Source: Clostridia bacterium
GTDB lineage: Bacteria > Bacillota > Clostridia > Oscillospirales > CAG-272
DNA length: 64,000 nucleotides
NCBI GenBank assembly: GCA_017451915.1
Contig: JAFTNJ010000002.1
Coordinates: 7,357 to 71,356 of the forward strand
Reading direction: 5' to 3'
Part shown: positions 36,692 to 45,913 of the stretch, one piece after another
How positions within the stretch are numbered: the first letter of the stretch is position 1
Layout of the letters: every line of letters begins with the position of its first letter
Made by a program: the position numbers and the translations under genes
Notes under the pieces: generated by a model
Database searches by the model: none
The model's input: the letters and a program-made list of their open reading frames with translations, nothing else
Told to the model about the DNA's origin: nothing

Positions 36692-38361
36692 ATGCAACTT
36701 TGCGGTGCAGATATTCTTGTAAAAACCTTAATTGAACAGGGCTGTAAAACGGTTTTCGGTTATCCCGGAGGTCAGATCTTGAACGTGTACGACAGCCTTT
36801 ATAAATATCAAAACGAGATCCACCACGTTTTGACCGCCCACGAGCAAGGCGCGGCACACGCGGCAGACGGCTACGCGCGGACCACGGGCAAGGTCGGTGT
36901 TGTGATCTCCACCTCGGGGCCCGGTGCTACCAACCTGGTCACCGGCATTGCCACCGCGTATCTTGACTCCGTCCCGATGGTCGCGATCTGCGGAAACGTA
37001 CCAACCACCCAGATCGGTACGGATAGCTTCCAGGAGATCGATATTACCGGTATTACGCTGCCCATCACCAAGCACAATTATTTTGTCAGCAACGTGGAGG
37101 CTTTGGCGGACACCGTTCGTGAGGCCTTCCGACTTGCCCAATCGGGCAGACCGGGGCCGGTGTTGATCGACGTTCCCAAGGACGTGCAGATCGCAACCTG
37201 CGAATATGAAGCGGGGACTCCCGTGGAGAAGGACGCCCCCTTTGCCGCAAAGGACGTACGGATCCAAGAAGCGGCAGAGATCATCAATTCTGCCAAACGC
37301 CCCTTCATTTACTTTGGCGGCGGCGTGATTACGTCGAATGCACAGGAGGAGGTGCTGGCTCTTGCGGAAAAGATTGACGCCCCCATCGGTTGCTCTCTCA
37401 TGGGACTTTCGGCAATTCCCACCGATCATCCGAGATTTCTTGGTATGCAGGGAATGCACGGGCATTATGCGTCCTCCATGTCCATGCACAACGCCGATGT
37501 GATTCTATCTCTCGGGGTTCGCTTTAACGACCGCGTTACGGGCAACCGCACCAAATTTGCCACGGGGGCCCGCATCGTTCACGTTGACGTGGATGGCTCG
37601 GAGCTGAATAAAACGGTCAACTCGGTTTGCGGTCTACGTGGAGATGTAAAGCTTACCCTGCAAAAGCTTCTGCCTCTTTTGAATGAAGGTGCCAAGCCCG
37701 ATTGGATGGCAAGGGTCAGTGCCTTCCGAGAGGAAGAGGAAAGCTATCTCGACAACCGCGCGGGGCTCACACCTCGCAGAGCGATCTTGACCCTAAACAA
37801 GCATCTCGGAGAAACCACCGCCGTTTGTACCGACGTGGGGCAACACCAGATGTGGTCGGCGCAAAGTCTTCATTTCAAAACCGCAAGACGCTTTGCCTCC
37901 AGCGGTGGTCTTGGCACCATGGGGTACGGCTTCGGCGCGGCCATCGGCGCGGCGTACGGTACGGGCGAGAGAAGTGTTCTCGTCACGGGTGACGGAAGCT
38001 TCGGCATGAATCTCAACGAATTGGCGACCGCGGTTCGCTATGGCGTTCCCGTGGTGGTGGTCATTATGAACAACGGTGTGCTGGGAATGGTTCGCCAATG
38101 GCAGACTTTGTTCTATGATAAGCATTATTCCAACTCGGTACTCGAAAGAAAGACCGATTTTGCCGCCTTTGCCAAAGCCTTTGGCGCGGATGGCGAAGCG
38201 GTGACAACCCCCGAGGAATTGGATGAGGCTCTCGGTCGCGCGTTTGCATACGACGGCCCTTATATCATCGATTGCAAGATTGATCAGGACGAATTCGTTC
38301 TTCCCATGCTCCCGCCCGGCGGATGTATGGATGATATTATTACAAAATTGGAGGTGGAACA

Positions 38362-38365
<4 letters not shown>
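36692..38365 (+). CDS. ilvB: acetolactate synthase large subunit (ThDP-dependent)
   Basis: Motifs GYPGG, HEQGAAHAADGYAR and GLGTMGYGFGAAIGA...GDGSF...NNGVLGMVRQWQ. ATG 36692 was chosen over GTG 36683. Confidence 0.9.
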
Positions 38366-39907
<1,542 letters not shown>

Positions 39908-39941
39908 TTTTAATTTGTGCAACGAAACAACCGCATATTTT

Positions 39942-40041
39942 GCCCTCTCCGTCACGCTTCGCGTGCCACCTCTCCCAAAGTGAGAGGCTTACATTATAGG
40001 CTCCCCCTTTGGGGGAGCTCCCGCAACGCGGGTGAGAGGGC
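39942..40041 (+). repeat. about 100-nt multi-hairpin GC-rich element in the ilvC-ilvD spacer
   Basis: Outer arms GCCCTCTC (39942-49) / GAGAGGGC (40034-41) enclose two hairpins: CCTCTC/GAGAGG (39969-87) and GCTCCCCC/GGGGGAGC (40000-18). Confidence 0.6.
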
Positions 40042-40069
40042 GACGGTTAGATTCCGAAAGGAGAAAAAT

Positions 40070-41725
40070 ATGTCAAAAGAAAATGTAGTTACAGGTGTTC
40101 ACAATGCACCTCACCGTAGCTTGTTCCATGCTTTGGGGCTCACCGAGGAAGAACAAAAACGCCCCTTGATCGGTATCGTCAGCTCCTATAACGAGATCGT
40201 TCCCGGACACATGAATCTTGATAAGATCGTGGATGCCGTCAAGCTGGGCGTTGCCATGGCAGGCGGAACTCCCATCGTATTTCCCGCCATTGCCGTTTGC
40301 GACGGCATTGCCATGGGACACACGGGAATGAAATACTCCCTCGTTACCCGTGATCTGATTGCCGACAGCACCGAGGCGATGGCACTTGCCCACGGCTTTG
40401 ACGGACTTGTGATGGTGCCGAACTGCGACAAAAACGTTCCCGGACTGCTCATGGCGGCGGCGAGAGTGAATATCCCTACCGTTTTTGTCAGCGGCGGCCC
40501 CATGCTTGCCGGCAGGGTGGAAGGGAAGAAGACCAGTCTTTCCTCCATGTTTGAGGCGGTGGGCGCGTATAACGCGGGCAAGATTACCGACGAAAAGCTC
40601 TATGAATACGAATGTAAGACCTGTCCCACCTGCGGCTCCTGCTCGGGTATGTATACCGCAAACTCCATGAACTGCCTGACCGAGGCGCTTGGCATGGGGC
40701 TTGGCGGAAACGGCACCATTCCCGCCGTTTACTCCGCGCGCATCGAGCTTGCCAAGCACGCGGGTATGGCGGTAATGAAGCTGCTGGAGAAGAATATCCG
40801 TCCCCGCGACATTATGACCAAGGAGGCGCTGATGAACGCCCTCACGGTGGATATGGCACTGGGATGCTCCACCAACAGTATGCTTCACCTTCCTGCCATC
40901 GCCCACGAGTGCGGTGTGGACCTGAACCTGGATATTGCCAATCAGATCAGCGAAAAGACTCCCAACCTCTGCCATCTGGCGCCCGCGGGCAGAACCTATA
41001 TGGAGGATCTGAACGAGGCGGGCGGCGTCTATGCCGTGATGAACGAGCTGACCAAAAAGAATCTGCTTTATACCGATTGCATGACCGTGACGGGCAAGAC
41101 CATTGGTGAGAACATCGCGGGTTGCGTCAATCTCGACCCCGAGGTCATCCGTCCGATCGAAAATCCCTACAGCGAAACGGGCGGTATTGCGGTACTCAAA
41201 GGAAACCTCGCCCCCGAGGGAAGCGTGGTCAAGCGATCTGCGGTGCTTCCCGAAATGCTGGTGCACGAGGGGCCCGCAAAGGTGTTTGATTCCGAGGAAG
41301 AGGCGCAGGCGGCAATCAACGGCGGCAAGATCGTGGCGGGGGACGTGGTCGTGATCCGCTACGAAGGCCCCAAGGGTGGCCCGGGGATGCGCGAGATGCT
41401 CAACCCCACCTCTGCCATCATGGGTATGGGGCTTGGCAACAGCGTGGCACTCATCACCGACGGACGCTTCAGCGGTGCGACGCGAGGCGCTTGCATCGGT
41501 CACGTTACCCCCGAAGCCGCTTCGGGCGGTATGATCGGTGTGGTAGAGGACGGCGATATCATCTGCATCAACATCCCCGAAAACACCATTGAGCTAAAGG
41601 TGGATGCCGAGGTCCTTGCCGAGCGTATGAAGCATTTTGTGCCCAAGAAAAAAGAGCTTTCGGGCTACCTGAAACGCTATGCGGCATTGGTTTCGGGCGG
41701 CGCGTCGGGGGCAATACTGAACTGA
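40070..41725 (+). CDS. ilvD: dihydroxy-acid dehydratase
   Basis: ORF 39917..41725 trimmed to ATG 40070 after AGGAG ([18 protein letters not shown]). Motifs CDKNVPG and [15 protein letters not shown]. Confidence 0.9.
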   Translation: MSKENVVTGVHNAPHRSLFHALGLTEEEQKRPLIGIVSSYNEIVPGHMNLDKIVDAVKLGVAMAGGTPIVFPAIAVCDGIAMGHTGMKYSLVTRDLIADSTEAMALAHGFDGLVMVPNCDKNVPGLLMAAARVNIPTVFVSGGPMLAGRVEGKKTSLSSMFEAVGAYNAGKITDEKLYEYECKTCPTCGSCSGMYTANSMNCLTEALGMGLGGNGTIPAVYSARIELAKHAGMAVMKLLEKNIRPRDIMTKEALMNALTVDMALGCSTNSMLHLPAIAHECGVDLNLDIANQISEKTPNLCHLAPAGRTYMEDLNEAGGVYAVMNELTKKNLLYTDCMTVTGKTIGENIAGCVNLDPEVIRPIENPYSETGGIAVLKGNLAPEGSVVKRSAVLPEMLVHEGPAKVFDSEEEAQAAINGGKIVAGDVVVIRYEGPKGGPGMREMLNPTSAIMGMGLGNSVALITDGRFSGATRGACIGHVTPEAASGGMIGVVEDGDIICINIPENTIELKVDAEVLAERMKHFVPKKKELSGYLKRYAALVSGGASGAILN

Positions 41726-41726
41726 T

Positions 41727-42890
41727 ATGAAAGCGCTTAAGGAAAAATTGTTTGCTCTGTGCATTTTCCGCGATCTTTTGGAGGATGCGGTATTTGACGC
41801 GCTGTTTACCCACATCAAGCACCCATCCGTTGCAAGCTATGCCGAATTCGTATCTCTCCTGTATGCGGCAAACGGTGGCAATCTGGGAGAGTATGTGAAG
41901 GAGCTCTGCTGGAACAGCGAAAATGTTTTTGTAAAAACGGTTGGCGCAAAAAAATCCATCCCCAGCTATATGCGGGATGCCGTGGAAGCAGAATTGGATA
42001 TTTTGCAAGAGGTGTCGACCATGGATAAGGAAGCTCTTTGCGCTCCTCTAAAGTACAACGGCTTTCTTCCGGACTTCACCACCACCGAGCTGCGGTTAAA
42101 GGAGATCTATCTGCACCGTGCCGAGAATATCGGGAAATACGGCTACGGTATTTATGCCAAGAACCGGATGTTTAACGTAAGCGAAGCCGGCGATATCGTT
42201 CCGGTTCGCAATCCCGACAAAACCGAGCTTTCGGATCTTGTGGATTATGCGCGTGAGAGAGGCATCATCCTGGAGAATACCAAGGCCCTGCTTGCCGGAA
42301 AGCCTGCGGCGAACATTCTGCTCACGGGGGATGCGGGCACGGGCAAATCCTCTACCGTAAAGGCGGTTGCAAACGCCTTGTGGAGCGAGGGGCTTCGCAT
42401 TGTTGAGGTGCGGAAGGATCAGCTTCGCTTGATTCCCAAGGTGCTTGACGAGCTGTCCGGCAATCCGCTCAAATTCGTTTTGTTTATCGACGACCTTTCG
42501 TTTTTAAAGGATGATGATAACTTTAACGCGCTGAAAGCGGTGTTGGAGGGATCGGTCACGGCAAAATCAAGCAACGTGGTGATCTATGCCACAAGCAACC
42601 GCCGCCACATTGTTAAGGAAACCTTTTCCGGCCGCGAAGGGGATGACGTGCATCGCAACGATACCATGCAGGAGCTGGTCTCTTTGTCGGAGCGCTTTGG
42701 AATTCATGTTACGTTTTCCAAGCCCGGTAAGGAAACCTTCCTTCACATCGTTCATCATCTGGCAAACGAAAACGGCATTGATATGCAAACGGACGAGCTG
42801 GATCTGTTAGCCGAGCGTTTTGCGCTGGAGCGCGGCGGCAGAAGCGCAAGACTTGCAAGGCAGTTTATTGACGGAATACTTGCGAGGTGA
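41727..42890 (+). CDS. DUF815-type P-loop ATPase
   Basis: Walker A GDAGTGKSS, Walker B FVLFIDDLSF, and YATSNRRH. Starts 1 nt after the ilvD stop. Confidence 0.7.
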   Translation: MKALKEKLFALCIFRDLLEDAVFDALFTHIKHPSVASYAEFVSLLYAANGGNLGEYVKELCWNSENVFVKTVGAKKSIPSYMRDAVEAELDILQEVSTMDKEALCAPLKYNGFLPDFTTTELRLKEIYLHRAENIGKYGYGIYAKNRMFNVSEAGDIVPVRNPDKTELSDLVDYARERGIILENTKALLAGKPAANILLTGDAGTGKSSTVKAVANALWSEGLRIVEVRKDQLRLIPKVLDELSGNPLKFVLFIDDLSFLKDDDNFNALKAVLEGSVTAKSSNVVIYATSNRRHIVKETFSGREGDDVHRNDTMQELVSLSERFGIHVTFSKPGKETFLHIVHHLANENGIDMQTDELDLLAERFALERGGRSARLARQFIDGILAR

Positions 42891-42897
42891 AAGGGAT

Positions 42898-43335
42898 ATG
42901 TATTTTGATGATTTAAAGATCGGTATGGCGGTGGATACCGCCCCTGCCGTGATTGAAAAAGAAAAAATGGTGGCTTTTGCCCGCGATTACGATAATATTC
43001 CGCTTCATACCGATGAGGAATATGCAAAGGCCACGCCCTTTGGTAAATTGATTGCTCCCGGAGTGATGTCCTTTATGTCGGTGTGGGCAAGGTATTTGGA
43101 GGTGGACTTTTTTGGGGAAGAGCTGCTCGCGGGAAAGTCCACCAAGATCGAATGGTTAAAGCCCGTATATGCCGACGACGTTCTGACGGGAACGGCAACG
43201 GTGACCAACCTGATCAAACGCAATGCGCGAAACGGTCTTGTGGAGATCACGATCCAGGCATTTAACCAAAACGGCGAGCTTGTGTTGACCAACGTAACCG
43301 AAGCGGTTGTAAAATGCAAGCCTGCCATCCAATAA
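42898..43335 (+). CDS. MaoC-like (hotdog-fold) dehydratase domain protein
   Basis: ORF 42820..43335 trimmed to ATG 42898 (MYFDDLKIGM...). MaoC-type motif PLHTDEEYAKATPFGKLIAPG. Confidence 0.7.
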   Translation: MYFDDLKIGMAVDTAPAVIEKEKMVAFARDYDNIPLHTDEEYAKATPFGKLIAPGVMSFMSVWARYLEVDFFGEELLAGKSTKIEWLKPVYADDVLTGTATVTNLIKRNARNGLVEITIQAFNQNGELVLTNVTEAVVKCKPAIQ

Positions 43336-43342
43336 CGAAAAG

Positions 43343-43367
43343 GGCTGACGGAAAGTATCCGTCAGCC
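43343..43367 (+). terminator. hairpin terminator ending the ilv-leu transcription unit
   Basis: GGCTGACGG / CCGTCAGCC stem followed by TTAATAAT. Confidence 0.55.
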
Positions 43368-43387
43368 TTAATAATCTGTAGGGCAGT

Positions 43388-43423
43388 AGAAAAGAAAAAG
43401 GCTTTGCGGTTGCTCTCAAAGCC
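43388..43423 (-). terminator. minus-strand terminator just downstream of the tRNA-like fragment
   Basis: GGCTTTG (43400-06) / CAAAGCC (43417-23). On the minus strand it is followed by TTTTTCTTTTCT. Confidence 0.55.
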
Positions 43424-43435
43424 GAGTTTGCAAAA

Positions 43436-43517
43436 GGTGACGGGATTCTGAACCCAAACGCGCGGCAAAATGTGATCTGCCCGGAGCTTGGGCGATGTCG
43501 CGCGTTCTACCAAATGA
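43436..43517 (-). pseudogene. degenerate tRNA-Pro-like fragment (candidate distal att repeat)
   Basis: AGGTGACGGGATTCTGAACCCA (43435-56) matches the tRNA-Pro 3' end (45072-92) at 21 of 22 positions. A D-loop-like TTTGGTAGAACGC is also present. The middle is replaced by an unrelated GC hairpin. Confidence 0.55.
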
Positions 43518-43543
43518 AAAACACACGAAAATATAAAAAAATA

Positions 43544-43572
43544 TTGACAAAATGTATACTTCGGTGTATAAT
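43544..43572 (+). promoter_or_regulatory. consensus sigma-A promoter inside the AT-rich islet
   Basis: TTGACA 43544-49, 17 nt, TATAAT 43567-72. Confidence 0.7.
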
Positions 43573-43578
43573 AAAAGA

Positions 43579-43800
43579 GCCAAACTAACTAAATAAGAGT
43601 GAAAGACGGGTGTGCTATCTTTATTTATAGGGATAGTTAGACTCTTTTTGACCGTACTATTTTCGTTGGTGAATTTGACAAAATGCAAATTCCTCTTTCA
43701 TCGAAAATAGTATGTTACACTCTTTTCACGAAAAGTTAGTTTGGCGACTATCGGAGTTTGCGTTTTTGTGCGCTTACTACGGTAGGCGCACTTTTTGTTT
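43579..43800 (+). promoter_or_regulatory. about 220-nt structured leader or small RNA ending in a terminator
   Basis: 12-bp long-range pairing GCCAAACTAACT (43579-90) / AGTTAGTTTGGC (43734-45). Nested 10-bp inverted repeat ACTATTTTCG/CGAAAATAGT. The terminator lies at 43768-43800. Confidence 0.5.
43768..43800 (+). terminator. intrinsic terminator 24 nt upstream of the islet CDS start
   Basis: 10-bp stem GTGCGCTTAC / GTAGGCGCAC with loop TACG, then TTTTTGTTT. Confidence 0.8.
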
Positions 43801-43823
43801 GAAAATGAAGAAGGGAAAATACT

Positions 43824-44846
43824 ATGGAAGCGAAGAAGAGAGAACTAACCTCAACACAAATCGGAGCGTATATTCGTCAAGCGGCAGATCTTGAAAAGGA
43901 TATCTATACCTTACAAGAATCTGAAAAAGCATTTGTTGCTAGTGCCAATGAATTGCGACAAAAAGATCTTAGTCCTGTCAAGCCGGAGTATGTAGACTAT
44001 CCTCCTCACCCCATTCGTGATCCTCACTTAACTCTTAAACAGCAAATTGGTAGTTTTATCGGAGTGGCTCTCGGTCTTTGGCTGTTCGACATTATTGTTT
44101 TTTTAATTGTTTATGCTATTTTTTACTGTTTTATTATGCCGGAGCGTTTTGAAATCAGTGTAAAGGCGGGGGGGATCGGTGTTTTAATTTTTATATTCAT
44201 TATGTATTTTCTCATCGGTGAGAACAATAAAAATAGTGAAAAAAAGTACAACAGAGAATTGGGAGAATATAATTCAAAATGCAAATCTGTTAATGCAAAA
44301 AATAAGATAATTGAAATGGAATATAGCAAACAATGCGATGTTGCGAAAGAAAAATATAAGAAAATCTGTGAAAGAGCCGATATTATTCAAGGACAAGCAA
44401 ATATCATTCATGAAAAACTCAAATACCTAATGGTTGTTCGAAACCAATTTTATTCTCTTGGTATTATACCTCCGGACTATCGTACCATGGATTGCATATA
44501 TGTTTTAGATCATATTTTTACCAATGACCTTGCCTCTGATGTTAGAAGTGCAATTCTATTGTATAAAGATTGGGAGTTTAGAGGAGATGTCATACGGGGA
44601 ATGAGTAACATTATTAGCCGACTATCCAGCATAGATAGCCGGATGTATTATCTTACCCAGGATATCAGCAGTATCAGGAGGACAGTTGATCTTATGAGTC
44701 AAGATACGTTTCGTATAGCCGAGGCTCAAACTGTTCAAAGTCGTTCGGTTGATATGATTTTGGAAAATAGCAAGGCCACTCGGTATGCATCAGAAATGGT
44801 GCAAAAGCATATTGAAGAAACGAAAAAATACTATGATGTCAAGTGA
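43824..44846 (+). CDS. hypothetical membrane protein (340 aa; coiled-coil N-terminus, two TM helices, long helical C-terminal domain)
   Basis: AAGGG lies before ATG 43824. The gene is AT-rich compared with its flanks. No family recognised. Confidence 0.7.
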   Translation: MEAKKRELTSTQIGAYIRQAADLEKDIYTLQESEKAFVASANELRQKDLSPVKPEYVDYPPHPIRDPHLTLKQQIGSFIGVALGLWLFDIIVFLIVYAIFYCFIMPERFEISVKAGGIGVLIFIFIMYFLIGENNKNSEKKYNRELGEYNSKCKSVNAKNKIIEMEYSKQCDVAKEKYKKICERADIIQGQANIIHEKLKYLMVVRNQFYSLGIIPPDYRTMDCIYVLDHIFTNDLASDVRSAILLYKDWEFRGDVIRGMSNIISRLSSIDSRMYYLTQDISSIRRTVDLMSQDTFRIAEAQTVQSRSVDMILENSKATRYASEMVQKHIEETKKYYDVK

Positions 44847-44867
44847 TAAAGAATTTTAATTTCTAAA

Positions 44868-44903
44868 AACCGATGGTGTGATGCTGTAGCACCATCGGTT
44901 TTG
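44868..44903 (+). terminator. intrinsic terminator
   Basis: AACCGATGGTG / CACCATCGGTT stem followed by TTTT. Confidence 0.75.
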
Positions 44904-45033
44904 ACGTGATATATCGACCTATAATTAAAATTAGCTTTGTGCCCATAAGTAGTGTGCTGGTGCTTTTTTAGCGCAAAGTGATCAAATGCAGGCATTTGAG
45001 GGGCTCGAATCGGTAAGCATCAACGAAAAAACA

Positions 45034-45058
45034 AAAAGAGAGGGCAAGCCTCTCTTTT
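45034..45058. terminator. hairpin terminator downstream of tRNA-Pro on the minus strand
   Basis: AAAAGAGAGG / CCTCTCTTTT stem flanked by A/T runs on both sides. Confidence 0.6.
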
Positions 45059-45065
45059 CGTTTTT

Positions 45066-45142
45066 TGGTCGAGGTGACGGGATTCGAACCCACGACTTCT
45101 ACGTCCCGAACGTAGCGCTCTACCAAACTGAGCCACACCTCG
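45066..45142 (-). tRNA. tRNA-Pro (anticodon CGG), CCA-encoded
   Basis: The reverse complement folds by hand into a cloverleaf. Acceptor is CGAGGTG/CACCTCG, D arm GCTC-AGTTTGGTA-GAGC, anticodon arm CTACG-TTCGGGA-CGTAG, T arm GTGGG-TTCGAAT-CCCGT, with discriminator A and CCA. Confidence 0.9.
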
Positions 45143-45150
45143 ATTGTTTT

Positions 45151-45263
45151 TGATGTTGTATCGGGATTCGAACCCACGACTTCTACGTCCCGAACTGCTG
45201 AGAGCCAAAAAGCTGTGTTTTTTGGCGCGAGGCTTTGCTCATACCAAACTGAGCCACACCTCG
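45151..45263 (-). pseudogene. tRNA-Pro-like sequence disrupted by a ~41-nt insert and lacking a pairable acceptor stem
   Basis: The 5' 25 nt and the anticodon-loop-to-T-arm part are identical to the tRNA-Pro. The 5' anticodon-stem strand is replaced by an insert holding hairpin GCCAAAAA/TTTTTGGC. The 3' acceptor strand ATACAAC cannot pair with CGAGGTG. Confidence 0.6.
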
Positions 45264-45287
45264 AAGTGATTTTCCTCATACCTTGAT

Positions 45288-45316
45288 AGTATAGCATTTT
45301 TTTACGGGTTTGTCAA
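45288..45316 (-). promoter_or_regulatory. promoter of the tRNA-like / tRNA-Pro transcription unit
   Basis: On the minus strand: TTGACA (plus 45311-16), 17 nt, TATACT (plus 45288-93). Confidence 0.65.
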
Positions 45317-45500
45317 TCTTTTTTTCAAAAGTTTTTTGGTGGAGCCCGGGTCCTTTTTGATTTTTTTGTCCTTTCTTGCACTTTTTTGGACAAAAATAGG
45401 AATTCTTTTCTAAAATTGTTGACAGAGTCTTTCCCTTTATGCTATAATGTACGGTAGTGTTTTTCATCGCGTATGCGACGGAAGGAGGCGTATCGGTTCT

Positions 45501-45758
45501 ATGAAAAGAGCTTTTTGGAGCGGATTCTGGATCCTTTCCGCCCTTCTGCTTTGCCTTTTGGCGGGCTGTACCCCGTCCTCTACGCAAACACCTCCGCAGG
45601 TCTCCGCCAACACCACGGCGGCAACCCCGACCACGGCGTCCGTTACCACGCAAATTCCCCAAACCACGGAGAGTGCGGAGCCATCGGCCGAGGTCACCGG
45701 GGCCTGGGAATCCTACGTTCCCAACGAAACCGACGAGGATCATACCAAGCGGTACTGA
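45501..45758 (+). CDS. small T/P-rich lipoprotein (85 aa)
   Basis: ORF 45447..45758 trimmed to ATG 45501. Signal MKRAFWSGFWILSALLLCLLAGC carries a lipobox. Confidence 0.6.
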   Translation: MKRAFWSGFWILSALLLCLLAGCTPSSTQTPPQVSANTTAATPTTASVTTQIPQTTESAEPSAEVTGAWESYVPNETDEDHTKRY

Positions 45759-45913
45759 TTCTTTCCAAAAGTCTGTTTATATTTTAACAAAATCGAGATT
45801 TTTTTCGCATAACGTCTTGATTTTTCGAAGAGAATATATTACAATATGGATATTATGAGAAAGTACGTTGCTTCCCCGTGGGAGCAGCTGAGCAAAAGGA
45901 AGGGTTAACTACA

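Noticed and set aside
39917-40069. The 51-codon N-terminal extension of ilvD suggested by the ORF track (start at 39917).
   Set aside because: The extension is the translation of a palindromic intergenic element ([13 protein letters not shown]...). The conserved IlvD N-terminus begins at ATG 40070, which has its own AGGAG.
43579-43745. Invertible promoter (inverton) bounded by the 12-bp inverted repeats GCCAAACTAACT / AGTTAGTTTGGC.
   Set aside because: The 5' repeat coincides with the predicted transcription start of a consensus promoter located outside the repeats, and no invertase gene is nearby. An RNA stem explains the repeats better. Read-pair orientation data could still test inversion.
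44968-45297. ORFs 44968..45297 and 45020..45208 (minus strand) with a repeated RDVEVVGSNP peptide.
   Set aside because: They are translations of the tRNA-Pro gene and its look-alike. The repeated peptide is the duplicated T-arm.
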